A DNA stretch of 62,592 nt, filler included, from Stramenopiles sp. TOSAG23-3 (taxonomy: Eukaryota), in NCBI GenBank assembly GCA_900128585.1. It is 5 parts of 5 records of this genome, joined end to end, with 100 filler letters (N's around TTAATTAATTAA, not from the genome) between each part and the next. Parts side by side here need not be neighbours in the genome. Positions count along the whole stretch, not along the records: positions 37,706 to 50,126 come from LT642687.1; positions 50,227 to 62,592 come from LT642688.1; 3 more parts are not named here. One strand, given 5' to 3'. Position numbers and translations under genes: made by a program. The notes beneath the pieces were generated by a model. It had not been told where the DNA came from. It was given only the letters and a program-made list of their open reading frames with translations, and made no database searches. How positions within the stretch are numbered: position 1 is the stretch's first letter; every line of letters starts with the position of its first letter. Below are positions 46,901 to 55,991 of the stretch, one piece after another.

Positions 46901-49368
46901 CTTGGCCAGTCCTTGTCGTTGTCCCACTTTCCCCCTTTCTGCAATCCCTTCAACAGATCTTGGTACGCTTTCGAGTCAAACGCCATGTCGTTGTGCAGCG
47001 GGTCCGGCTTTGGCTGGGCCACTGGCCAGTTGAAGAGGTCCTTCATCATGGCCTGGTCGTCCTCGTCCCGGCACGACAAGCACATATCGGGCGCTTTCTC
47101 GTGCCTTTCCTCCTGCTCTTTCGTCTCGTTCATGGCCTCTTTCAACTTTTCTTCGCGCCAGAACTCCGGCGTGCTCCTGTTCGCCTGTTCGGTCCTGTTG
47201 ACTTGCATCAACCCGTCGTCCGCGGCCCCACCCGTGGCGGCGGCAGCACCTTTCTGGCCAACCATTTTTTGGTCGCCCCATCGAACCTTGTCTAGGACGG
47301 ACTCCCATGGTACGCTTTCCTCGGTTTCCACGAAGGAGTTCCAGTCGACTGTATCGACCCAGTCGCGGTCCTCGCGGATGTGGTTGTTTTCGTTGGCGAC
47401 CTTTCCGGCTTGCGGGACGATTTTCTTCGCGAACGGGGCTTCGTGGTCTACGATTTCTCCCATCGTGCTGCTCACTGCGTTCATAAGGGTCTCCGCCCGA
47501 CGCTCCATTTGGTCCGGTTCCTTCTTGGTTGCCGCGATCGTGCGAACGCGCTTCAGCTGTTTTTCGAGGTGCAGGACGTACGCGCGAACCCTCGCTTCGT
47601 GCTCCTGGTTGATCTTGAGCTGCTCCTTCGCTTCGCGCAACGCCCGGTCGGCCAAATCTGCCCTTCGCTTGGCGCCCACCAGGTGCTTCCTAGTCGTCGC
47701 CATGCGCAGCTTCGCGATCTTGTCGGTGGCTTCGCACTCCTGCCAGTCATCTTGGCGGTTGGACTCCATCGTGCGGCTTTCGGCCTCAATTTCCACGGAC
47801 GCTCCTTCCAGCTTCTGCTGAGTGCTTTTGACCCCTGCGGCGCTGAACTTATTCTCGGCGTGGTGGAGCATGCGGCCCAAAATCTCCATGGTCCCGTGCA
47901 GGACGCTGTACCCAGCCTGCTGCATCTTCCCGGTGAATTGCAGGTCGTCCATGGCCTTCTCTACCTCCATTTTGCGGTGCTCGGCATCTTTCTGCGCGGT
48001 CATTGCACGGGCATAGGCGCTTTCCGAGTCCTTCAGGCCGGCAGTGGCGGCGGACACGTTCGCGCGCCGGCCGTTCATCGCCATCGCTTTCACGCGGTTG
48101 AACACTTCGCGGTGGGCCTCCCTAGCTTCGCGAGCGTGGTCGACGACGTCCTCGCGGTGCCCGACGACCTGGTTCGCTTTGTTCAGGTCGTTGACCATCG
48201 CTTCGGAGCGGTGAACGTTCTCCATGCCTGCGTGGGCCATCTTGATTTCGTCCAGGCGTGCCATGGTATCGGCCGCGTTGGCCACCTTGTCGGTCAGTGG
48301 CGCGTCCGTGAACTGCTTCGGTGTTGCCGGCCGATGCGCCAGCTTCGGCTTGGCGTTCAGGTCGCCCACCCACGCCGGGGCGTTCACCCCGCGGGCGTGG
48401 GCGACCAGCTTGTGCAAGCCTACGTCCGCAACGGTGGAGCCTTTCCCTTCTTGGAACGGGAAGAATACAATGGGGCCGTCCTGGGTCTCCTGGGACCCCC
48501 GGGTGACCGTTGCTTTGTACAGCTTCGCGGCGCTCGTGCGGCGGGACACCGCCAGCTTGCGGACCTCTACCGGCAACAGGGCGCGGTCCCACATGGCCAC
48601 GTCCCCGATGACGCCCTCCGTCGTTACGTGGCGGGCACGGTCTTTGTAGTGCATGAAACTAAGCTTGGGCAGCTTGTTCAGCTCCCTGCCGTAGTCTATG
48701 GACCTCGCCTTGTCGGCGAAGCGCAGGATCGACGACGAGGTCCGCTCGCCGTTCACGTACAACGTGGTCCGGGCGGTTCGCGGGGAGTACGAGGCCGACA
48801 GGTACGTCCAGCGGTGCGGGACGACCTTGGCGTCTTTGCTCGCCACCTTTACTAACCCTTCGGATCCTGGCACCGAGATGCTGAAGACAAATTGGTTGTC
48901 GCTATTCATTCCCATCCACCAGCCGCGCACGTTGTCCGGCTTTAGCCAAGACATTACGGGGCCCGAGTCCGAGACGGCGGACAGAAACGTGGAGAACCCG
49001 ACTTTCCCCGTCCCGTTCAGCGGGTTGGCCTTTGGCTTGACCCACACCCCCACGGTGAAACCGCTGAGGCCCGACAAGTCCACTGGCAAGCCCTGGGCGG
49101 TCTCGAAATAATTGGTGCCATCTAGCCCACACGAGAAGAGGCCTTCGTCCTCCTCTTGGTCGACGACGTCTTTCCTGGGTGTCATGCTACTATTGTAAAT
49201 TCCCTCTCCCTCACTACTACTATTGCTCATCGTGGCGTTCCGTTCGGCCAGCGTGGCTGGGGACGGCGGCACAAACGAGCCTTCCACCCCAGTCGCGGCG
49301 CCCAACTCTTGCCCCACACCAAACGTCACTGCAAGGCTGGCAACAAAAACAAACAAACATACCCTCAT
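40981..49368 (-). CDS. Giant (2795 aa) secreted protein: two LamG/ConA-like domains, one LysM domain, long coiled coils
   Basis: Signal peptide MRVCLFVFVASLAVTFGVG. LamG-like FTVGVWVK...WTYLSASY...LYVNG...IGDVAMWDRAL and FSFEAWVR...WTHIAATYD...LFING...LSDAAVWGRAL. LysM YQVRPGDSLVSIADKFGISEESLVEENP. A/K/E-rich heptads; RRRLL near the C-terminus. Confidence 0.88.
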   Translation of the reverse strand: MRVCLFVFVASLAVTFGVGQELGAATGVEGSFVPPSPATLAERNATMSNSSSEGEGIYNSSMTPRKDVVDQEEDEGLFSCGLDGTNYFETAQGLPVDLSGLSGFTVGVWVKPKANPLNGTGKVGFSTFLSAVSDSGPVMSWLKPDNVRGWWMGMNSDNQFVFSISVPGSEGLVKVASKDAKVVPHRWTYLSASYSPRTARTTLYVNGERTSSSILRFADKARSIDYGRELNKLPKLSFMHYKDRARHVTTEGVIGDVAMWDRALLPVEVRKLAVSRRTSAAKLYKATVTRGSQETQDGPIVFFPFQEGKGSTVADVGLHKLVAHARGVNAPAWVGDLNAKPKLAHRPATPKQFTDAPLTDKVANAADTMARLDEIKMAHAGMENVHRSEAMVNDLNKANQVVGHREDVVDHAREAREAHREVFNRVKAMAMNGRRANVSAATAGLKDSESAYARAMTAQKDAEHRKMEVEKAMDDLQFTGKMQQAGYSVLHGTMEILGRMLHHAENKFSAAGVKSTQQKLEGASVEIEAESRTMESNRQDDWQECEATDKIAKLRMATTRKHLVGAKRRADLADRALREAKEQLKINQEHEARVRAYVLHLEKQLKRVRTIAATKKEPDQMERRAETLMNAVSSTMGEIVDHEAPFAKKIVPQAGKVANENNHIREDRDWVDTVDWNSFVETEESVPWESVLDKVRWGDQKMVGQKGAAAATGGAADDGLMQVNRTEQANRSTPEFWREEKLKEAMNETKEQEERHEKAPDMCLSCRDEDDQAMMKDLFNWPVAQPKPDPLHNDMAFDSKAYQDLLKGLQKGGKWDNDKDWPSAKESAASIHKVIRDVADSWAGTAAKAEPTTYFSLDMAHMHKISENALKNLEKRMPRLELLVSTTKAAADRATVSVNDIDRLYVKQHKFYHGNHIRCEAKADLYAIMAEKRSKALDAVQSVSKVLNSVENSKNGNDFAVEEKALKKVMGHLHELIQPPKALKKLSPRPWKNHPAHVAKQEPKECSYQVRPGDSLVSIADKFGISEESLVEENPLLANTSYPKLGVWMAVPGAKRGTENCQMKPKGFAASIKFLEPLSNLGFPMPKDTSRLTPAEVKLMVAERDMGIATKKADASEALLHEQKEILRKAEAVQTGEDKMQPEEVVQFVESMPLSNRTKDWKKISDKISLCNTLLNHLESEATLPNLPELDVVLNNTVQGEKLMSPELVASLKRIQDSVQYSGSITSILDINGTVEESDSIKQKLERAVAKYFGVHVNQVTVAVAMPNSGEMRFRAVQGKRFSCTISKLDKAETASVKSRFSSFNMTTFVKKVQAVGMEVEMGEVSLSKPVVSIVNKTVVEQAELRRKVASVISALKHAKKDLSARLKVRIAKSIQSLKEDVVKGNVTLVAAEAENENDKKKLQSAEKVVGKKLTAKAKTAKEAKSKGSEELGSALKHADTIGAKAHEALAKAKSNAEALKAKHLAAEEAAATLKAQNLDREEKKLQLREKRSETRSMEAKARLNAKMKSMNQLLVIAKSKKTASKTEQQKIQKQITSLKSSMAKQEEEDAKKESNLRVKILVVDAAEKCEQAKSTGGSEKAMQKCKTAVLAAKSIGEQTKGKVGLDSGITKMLAAMPAVPTEAKLKAAAKVKATTVKTGAKATTVKIGAKASSIKSTAPSAGAAALQPPADTPAPPSAASDTKSAIGSASFTGVEYVDVGTKGFNAMRIKTTQSSGFSFEAWVRVHNVDVEKFQAVISAIGENKYNSVTKKVDGNGPYKKGFVVGYAPSLSDESEAPVWTFGVKGSKGTNPKLSYVRSESPVKLEEWTHIAATYDNNVARLFINGVAEAVSNAGEQAGAIDFGDSGGHFAMKPKLMLMAYGVNGEVPASPCCMEAELSDAAVWGRALGRSEVAAHAGAASRQLDAANSAVHGRDTSVVGFWRLSSKPTKRIRDGDRLKDQTHFGLQGTVVSGGGAEVPLKLRPSSSEAKPQDLTKEEKLSTEEALTKADEDKHDASVQAAKDLIDKKAVNDAQKALVLEAVIAGKDPQSIEKLGRTAATEGLESSFRSRVIASIGGSKKFPEGRKKMAILGVAASDSKKDIGAVLEALLAGRKIEVPGLRKSGEKAGKDKAVDAALPSNINELLTQMRASAEKEAQAKLSGQVEMAKISAAKIMKAEKELVVSMQRKLNNSIAGAAEAKAIADSRKEKADLEMKHALSLAKDAARTHAQAKQHLESHGFSMPSVDFKKNLKKSKEDLAKIKRQSIIDQSRELAAVAAQRNAKKRLDDATVVEQNMRTRFKKCSDLLLSMEGAIASATGDKELAAAKVSYSGVKKQCESDRKFLEPAIAKLSEAKEVFRRANDVVRSTQLKLAADARKHADTELKTKMASMKAVDSLMAEIQRLQTVAAVARDKQQKLVSEHKMEESNAFAVMADEAAASAKKAAGELVAVQLRTAHISGESAIFKSHTDGSGIDFSQPNLEKWSRENLIKSADYEVARAVSNVTSQKSIVSELEKTVARIAGDLSRSYGAIHTTLQQRLNAEGMKLKAAQKVLHERMAVELVMRSQLMELKGEFFDAKKGSSETDALRRKDAELQSSRDTSSFLMNEKRKDDHTMAQKDAIIKEGTKKLQETTASLVKMADDRLKLASDLRAAKDQLKKATVPVHERQSVSAVVRVHSTKEAFQDNETQARFVQTIASMLKVNPNAVQINDVVSVEEEGEPLPRSPSRRRLLGNIRGLAARAEGLVEVRFRVVSPKADEIALTFVKSCSELATALNKNGFSGPVQCVSAEAVKSDPQGPTEKDVKGASATGAAN

Positions 49369-50126
49369 CTTTGTGTTGGCCTGATTCTAAAGAGTGAACT
49401 AAAAGAACGCTTCAAACAAAAAAAAGTCGACGAGAAGCAGCGCTATAGGTGCTATAGATACTCACTCTCTCTCTCTTCCGTTCCGTTCAGTCAGAGGACT
49501 ATTACAACTATCTTTCTACAATGTGAACAAAATCCAAATAGAAAGGAGCAGAAACTTGTTCACCAAAGCAAAGGCAAACACTCACGTCCTTTGCGTAATG
49601 ATTTAGGTAATCTAATTTCTTTTGGTAATTCTTTCTCTGGGGGTGGTATGGTCGATGAGATTATTCTTTTTTCTTTCTTTCTTTCATTAAACCCCTTGTA
49701 GTACTTATTAAAATAAAACAATACATAATATTAAATAGCATTTAAACACACCGTATTCTATTCTTTATCCTATCTATTATCCAATACAACTATTAAACCT
49801 TTAGTATACTATATACAATAGTACCCTTTCTATAGGTATTCTAATGTACTTTATTGTATATTTAAATTAAAGTTTTTGGTCATAAACCCTATTTCTAACT
49901 AACCCCCCCCCCATTTTCGTAAAATCTCGTTTTCTAAATTGGAAATCCTCCTCGATTTGTATAATTAATAAATCCCTTATTTAATCATATATCTATTCTA
50001 CTATAATATATAATATTCCTATATAATTAAGGTTAATAATAATATCATTCTCCCCCCCATTTTTTTTTCTTTTCTTTTTCTTTCGCTTCTTCGACTCTTC
50101 CTCGTTTTGATGAAAGAGTTGATTTA

Positions 50127-50226
50127 NNNNNNNNNNNNNNNNNNNNNNNNNNNNNNNNNNNNNNNNNNNNTTAATTAATTAANNNNNNNNNNNNNNNNNN
50201 NNNNNNNNNNNNNNNNNNNNNNNNNN
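50127..50226. other. Artificial contig-concatenation linker
   Basis: N44-TTAATTAATTAA-N44. Confidence 0.97.
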
Positions 50227-50621
50227 CAAAATCATTCTTCTTCTTTAAAATAAAATTATTGATTGTACGTACCTGTACCTGTACCGGTATACGTGATCGA
50301 GAGGAGGAGTAGAGGTAGGAGGTAGGTACCAGGTATTATACCAGGTACCGGTATAATAGGAGGGATGGAGGTAGTATATGTGAGGTCAAAAATATAATTA
50401 ATGTGCTGACTTGATGATACTTTTTTTTTAGACGACTTTTTGAATTTTTTTTGCTGTGCTTTGATTGATGCTATTAATATAACATTAAGCTGTTACATTG
50501 TATAGGAAGAAGCTTTTTGTTTTTTACTATATTAACAACATCTTTTTATTACCGAGGTAATAACTTTTTTGTGTTTCTTTTAATATTATAAAAAACAATA
50601 TTTTTCGGAGGAGATGAATAT

Positions 50622-53600
50622 TTAAAGTTTGACGTACGAATCATAGCCTCCCCCTCCACTTTTTCGACGCACATGCTCCGAAAAGGAGCCCCCTTTTTCT
50701 CTCGGCGATGCATCAATTCGTTCGTACCCAGAACTATTTGTCTGCTTCGAGCCAAGAGCAGATTGCCCCTCGCGTTCTTTTATCGATAGCCCCGCCTCGT
50801 AGATGACAATTTGAGAAACGACATTCGAAATTATGGCAGAGCAACACATCATGAGAAGCCCTCCCCAATGGAACTGGCCGTCTATTTGAAAGCAATTCCC
50901 GTCGTCAGGCACAATGAATCCAAATTTAATTAATTCTTGAAACACTGGCTTAAGGAATGTGCACTGTCGGTCCAGCACGGAATACGATATGAATTCAATT
51001 TGCAGAATCGTGAAAACTGTACCAAGAAACCAAACTTCAAGTGCCGAAAATGCGGATAAGATCTGAGCTGCCAAGTACGTTCGTTTCAGCCCAAACAGTG
51101 TCATGCGTCTGTACCAAAGCACCAACAGAACCAGCAGGTGCACCACGGGAATTACAAAGGCAAACGAGAGGTACACAAGGGTAATAAAAATGGTGCCCGC
51201 CCCAGTCCCTTGCGTTGCCTGCAGAAAAAGTTGGCAGACTGCCGTCCACATGGAATGCTGTCGAATCGTAGATCCGCTGTTTCCAAATTCAGCGAGAAGG
51301 CCCGCAATTCCGTGCGTGATGAATGTCCATCCTGGGATAAACGCGCCAGCAAACATGAGCCCAAGTGCAATTACTATATAAAGTGCAATGGCGCTGCAGT
51401 GCCCTTGAACACAAACGCGGTACATATTAGACAAGAAAGGTTTAGCGTTCAAGCTCTTCTTGTTCACATCGCTGGCAACTGCTCCCAGTTCAGCATTATC
51501 CTTGCCAACGTCAGTCCACGCTAGAGCACGCATAGAACCCCCAAAGCGATTCTTAAATTCATCTGATGTGACGGCATTCAAATGATAAATGACCTGGACA
51601 TGCGACAAGACGAGAGATAGCACAACCGCAAAGCAAAACGAGTACAGACCGTACACTGGCTGAACGAGAATTTCAACGTGATAGAATTCCTCAGGAAAAA
51701 TGCCAAGTTTGGGGTTATTTATTTGGACATAAAAGGCAACCATTGCATTGACTAGGACGTACAGGTCCAACAAAGACCATTTTCCCATTACATCTAACCA
51801 GTGGAAATATTTTCCTCGCTGCTTGGGGGTCAACATTGCTGGTGGTGCACACCACAGCGCAGCCATAAGCAATAGTTTTAAATACGGCCATGCGCCTGAG
51901 AATGTGGCCATAAAACCAACAAGGAGCACGGCACAAGCGGTCCATAAATTAACCAAAGAGTAACCCAGACCAAACGGAAAAGCTGCTTTATCGTGAAATG
52001 TATCCCCCAGAACATTTGCAACAACATCCACGGAGGCGGCTGTGAGAGCATGATCGGTAAAGAACAGACAAATGTTGATGAAAATCATTACCATTACCCC
52101 ATATCTCACCTTTTTTGGAATGGCCGGGTGAAACAAAAGCGCTTGCCCAGTTTGACTACTGCCCACTTCTTTTTCAATATTGATATGTGCCCCTTCCCCA
52201 GGTTCATGTGCGAGGGCGCTCTCAAAATCTAAAGACAACAGCGACCTTTCATCAGTTTCCCGAACGCTTTCAGGGCAAAACCACCTCCTGCAGCAAATGA
52301 TATTGAAGCATGATTGACATGCTGTGCATTTGCCGCGACAACAGTTGACGCAAGAACAGCACGTTCGGCATCCTTTGCACAGGCACTTCCCTTGTTTATG
52401 CTCTACTTGAAAATATTTCACGAAGAACAATATGCCAAAGTAGATCAACGCAATAGAGCACATTCCGCTGTAAGCGAACATCAAACCCTTAGAGGCAATG
52501 CACTGCGGGGCAATCCACTCTGGCGCCAGAGGAACAAAGGGGGTACGGCAACCATCAGCGCCTAAATTACGCTTATTCTGCAGAACTTCTGCCATGTGTT
52601 TACGGAACGTTTCGGACGAAAATGTTGACATCAGTTTCGCAACATTGTCGTTGACAAATGTTTCTAGGTCCTTTATGTTCGTCTGAACTTTGCTGCGGTC
52701 GGCCCATTGGGGCAACCCCGGGCTGGAGCATGTCAAGTGATCATCAGTACGGAACTGGTGACCCTTACAGGCAACATCAAGGGTCTGCAATGTCGACTGC
52801 AATAAGGAGCGTCCGTCTGGCTTTGAAAGTATTTCGAACTTATCCAGTGTGCCCAGCCAGCAATTTAAATACTCTGTGGACTGGATTGGCATGGCACCAA
52901 AGCTGTAGCCATCTATAGCGACAATTAAGTCGGCTATCATGGTCAAGTTGTTTAGCGATACTCCAAACCGAAATGTGTTTCTGACGTCTTCCCCTGTTCC
53001 CGGTATACGCTTAACGTCCAGCGTGACGTCCACCGATACCCGTAGTGGATAGTCTGCCCGTGGTGCAGCTTTAACCTCCGAGTCCAAACGCACGGGGCCC
53101 TGGGGAGTGTCAAAGGCCTTCAGAACAGATATGGCGTCTAAATGTTCCAGCGTCAAATTTCCAAGTGCAAGGGTTATGTTTCCAATCTGTGGGACTTTAT
53201 CATAATTCGTTACCACGATCGTCGTGGGGCCAACGAAGAGGCCTTTGGTGTCTAGCCTGGCATGTTCCCCGTTGATCCCACATGTTCCGTTGTGAATGAG
53301 ACCGTTTACTTTAGGAAACAAAACACTTTCAATCAACCCACTGAGGATTATGATCGGAAAACTACTAGCGAGATCCACCGGCGATTGCTCCACTGTTGGC
53401 CGAGGACCAATTGACGACCCGTTGCATATCGCAGTGCTTGCCGTTTCCTCTATTGTGTGGCGAATCAGATTTTCTAGCCCTTGGTTGACAACCGCGAGCG
53501 CATAGTTATTAACGATGCGTTGCAGGCCCTTGTCCTTGAGTAGCGAGCCTTGGTAAGCATCGTTCACGGCTTTTGCGAGTTGGTCCACAACATTGTCTAC

Positions 53601-54938
53601 GGCCGCCGAAAATATCCCATCGACAACAGGCTCCTGGGCGCTGTCGGAAATACCAATTGTAGTGGCGGTCACATCAATTGCGTCTATTCCGCGCATAGAG
53701 CACCCGACGGCGTATTTCAGTGCCTCGCTCAGGGGCAGATTGGCGTAGAAATCATAATCTATTGCAGCTAGAGTGGAAAGTTGCACAAAAATATTTCTAA
53801 ACGTCGGAAGCTCAACGACAACATGTTCCAGAAAAGTGGGTGCACGACCCCCAGAAGCCTCATAAGGCGACAGCAGCACCGTAAAACCGAACGAAATACC
53901 TAGACGGTCGAGGGCAAACGTATGGTTCAACGTCGTATCACTCACAGGTTGAAAAATGTTAAATTGAGTAAACGTGTCGAGTCCTCTGACCTGGACTGAA
54001 GTCAAGTTGACATCCAAGTCCAGCATCTGGTTGCGAAGGCGAAGGAGGGGGGCATGTAGTTTTGAAATGTTCACTGCATCCCCCTCCGCCCCTTTTCTTA
54101 TAATACCCTGGATAATTTGGTTTATCCCAATAGGAAGGCCGCAGACTTCAGTATCCAAAAATAACTTTACGCCGGCATTAATCAGCTCGACGATCGGGCT
54201 TTTTCGAAGATTTATCTCGTTGTCCCGAGTAACATTTTTCAATCGTAAGATGTTCTGTTCTTCCCACTGCCACTGTGGCAGTCCCTCGTGGTTCGGCAAT
54301 GGCTTGGTGATCACTTGAGCTATGTCTTGCAGGACGACGGTGAGATTGTTCGACAATCCAGTAATCACGTTGCACACCGCTGGGTTTACAATTTTATTAA
54401 TTTCCGATTTTATCAAGCCCTTGAAAATGTTCAAAATAGTCCCAGTAAACGCGAGGTTGTCAACCTCTACGGTAGAGTCGCAGTCTTGGATGCTTGCTTT
54501 GCTTGGAGGGTCGTTCAGCAAGCTGTTACCCTCATTTGAGTCTATGTTAACGACAGCGGCTATTCCACTGTTTGTGGAAGACGCAGTCATGTTTCCAAAA
54601 AACGGGAGACCGTCCAACGCGACCTTATACGTCGATTGGCACGATAGCGTAATACCAGAAACGGCAACTTTGATGGAAATTTCCGTGCGAGCTTCATTTT
54701 CCTTTGACGCTACCGTCAGCCCCCCGATCGAAATACCACCGCAGTGTAAGGAATGCAGGTCCACGTTCGCGGTTTGTCCTAATTTTTTAACCGACAAATG
54801 AAGATCTGGCAGCGGCACAGTTATGTCTCCCAACAGCGCGTTGAGTTGGCTCCAAGGATCTGGCGGACTCCCCAACGCAATGGCCACGCAGGAGAGGAAC
54901 ACACCGACCCTGCACAATGTGTAAGGTTCACGAACCAT
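50622..54938 (-). CDS. Membrane protein with BPI/LBP (TULIP)-like ectodomain and two C-terminal PqiA/LetA-like TM domains
   Basis: Signal peptide; ~800-aa beta-rich ectodomain with BPI-like N-terminus (VPLPDL...LHSLHCGGISI...IQDC...IKSEINKIVNPAVC); a TM helix; a Cys cluster; PqiA-like motifs FSGAWPYLKLL...GKWSLLDLYV...GLYSF and FAFVIPVVHL...AFSALEVW. Confidence 0.72.
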   Translation of the reverse strand: MVREPYTLCRVGVFLSCVAIALGSPPDPWSQLNALLGDITVPLPDLHLSVKKLGQTANVDLHSLHCGGISIGGLTVASKENEARTEISIKVAVSGITLSCQSTYKVALDGLPFFGNMTASSTNSGIAAVVNIDSNEGNSLLNDPPSKASIQDCDSTVEVDNLAFTGTILNIFKGLIKSEINKIVNPAVCNVITGLSNNLTVVLQDIAQVITKPLPNHEGLPQWQWEEQNILRLKNVTRDNEINLRKSPIVELINAGVKLFLDTEVCGLPIGINQIIQGIIRKGAEGDAVNISKLHAPLLRLRNQMLDLDVNLTSVQVRGLDTFTQFNIFQPVSDTTLNHTFALDRLGISFGFTVLLSPYEASGGRAPTFLEHVVVELPTFRNIFVQLSTLAAIDYDFYANLPLSEALKYAVGCSMRGIDAIDVTATTIGISDSAQEPVVDGIFSAAVDNVVDQLAKAVNDAYQGSLLKDKGLQRIVNNYALAVVNQGLENLIRHTIEETASTAICNGSSIGPRPTVEQSPVDLASSFPIIILSGLIESVLFPKVNGLIHNGTCGINGEHARLDTKGLFVGPTTIVVTNYDKVPQIGNITLALGNLTLEHLDAISVLKAFDTPQGPVRLDSEVKAAPRADYPLRVSVDVTLDVKRIPGTGEDVRNTFRFGVSLNNLTMIADLIVAIDGYSFGAMPIQSTEYLNCWLGTLDKFEILSKPDGRSLLQSTLQTLDVACKGHQFRTDDHLTCSSPGLPQWADRSKVQTNIKDLETFVNDNVAKLMSTFSSETFRKHMAEVLQNKRNLGADGCRTPFVPLAPEWIAPQCIASKGLMFAYSGMCSIALIYFGILFFVKYFQVEHKQGKCLCKGCRTCCSCVNCCRGKCTACQSCFNIICCRRWFCPESVRETDERSLLSLDFESALAHEPGEGAHINIEKEVGSSQTGQALLFHPAIPKKVRYGVMVMIFINICLFFTDHALTAASVDVVANVLGDTFHDKAAFPFGLGYSLVNLWTACAVLLVGFMATFSGAWPYLKLLLMAALWCAPPAMLTPKQRGKYFHWLDVMGKWSLLDLYVLVNAMVAFYVQINNPKLGIFPEEFYHVEILVQPVYGLYSFCFAVVLSLVLSHVQVIYHLNAVTSDEFKNRFGGSMRALAWTDVGKDNAELGAVASDVNKKSLNAKPFLSNMYRVCVQGHCSAIALYIVIALGLMFAGAFIPGWTFITHGIAGLLAEFGNSGSTIRQHSMWTAVCQLFLQATQGTGAGTIFITLVYLSFAFVIPVVHLLVLLVLWYRRMTLFGLKRTYLAAQILSAFSALEVWFLGTVFTILQIEFISYSVLDRQCTFLKPVFQELIKFGFIVPDDGNCFQIDGQFHWGGLLMMCCSAIISNVVSQIVIYEAGLSIKEREGQSALGSKQTNSSGYERIDASPREKGGSFSEHVRRKSGGGGYDSYVKL

Positions 54939-55155
54939 CTTATCTGGTCTGATACAATCAAGACTGTGTCTATCTGGGCAAGGAACACGTTCGAAAAAAG
55001 TAACTAAGGTAACATTTTCGTTGCTTATACATCACATTATATATATAATACTACACACGCATACACCACATAAACTTCTGTCAGTTGTTGATCGGTCATA
55101 TTCTCATCCTTTTTTGTTATTTTATTATTTTTTATTATAATATTATTAATAAATT

Positions 55156-55420
55156 TCTTTTTTCTTCTTCTTCTTTCTTCTTCTTCTTTTCTTTTCTTCT
55201 TCTTCTTTTCTTTTCTTCTTCTTCTTCTTCTTCTTTCTTCTTCTATTATTTAAATTATACCGGTGGTATTTTTTCTTCTTCTTTTTTTATATTTCTTTTT
55301 TTTATACTTTCTTCTTCTTTTTTTATTATATTTCTTCTTCTTTTTTTTTATATTTCTTCGTTCTTCTTAAAATTATTTTTTTTCTTCCTTCTTCTTCCTT
55401 CTTCTTCTTTCTTCTTCTTC
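55156..55420. repeat. Imperfect (TTC)n low-complexity tract
   Basis: ttc/ttt-rich runs between divergent genes. Confidence 0.85.
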
Positions 55421-55991
55421 GATGATTATAATATTATACTGCCGCCTGCCGCCTCTCTCTCTCTACTTATTACTGATGCAGCTGAGGAGGACTGAGGATG
55501 TACAATGTACAGTGTCAATATAGACTAATTATATTGAAATTCGAAATTTTGAGATTCCAGAGTTTCTTCTTCTTCTTGCTTTTTTTCTCTCTTGTCTCTT
55601 CTCGCTATTTATTTGGTTCATATTTATATAGTGTCATAGACTAGTATAAAAAATTAAGGGAGAAAGAAAGATGAAATTTGAATGATTCATTTTTTAATTC
55701 CTATTATATTGTGTGTTGAAGAATAATAATTAGATTATTATATTTTTTTTTTTATTATCAATTTATTATTATAAGATATCTAATCGTATTATCAGTGAGT
55801 TTGTTTTCTTCTTCTTCATTCTTGCTTCTTTGCTTGCTTTTTTTGTATGTATATAGTAGTAATAATATACTCTTATTGCATGATTACACGACCGTTTTTC
55901 TCCGTGCTTGATGAGTTTCCAATGCACCGAATTTCTCATGTTGTCGAGACATCGTGTGTTTTTTTACGAAATCCATCCGGTCAAATAATCA

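Noticed and set aside
47380-48855. 491-aa plus-strand ORF and other long antisense ORFs (e.g. 46811-47821, 43822-44700, 6919-7698, 8966-9694)
   Set aside because: Shadows of GC-rich real genes on the opposite strand; no motifs.
34938-49368. GH20 hexosaminidase near the LysM protein as a chitin/peptidoglycan gene cluster
   Set aside because: The genes lie on different contigs separated by the 37606-37705 linker.
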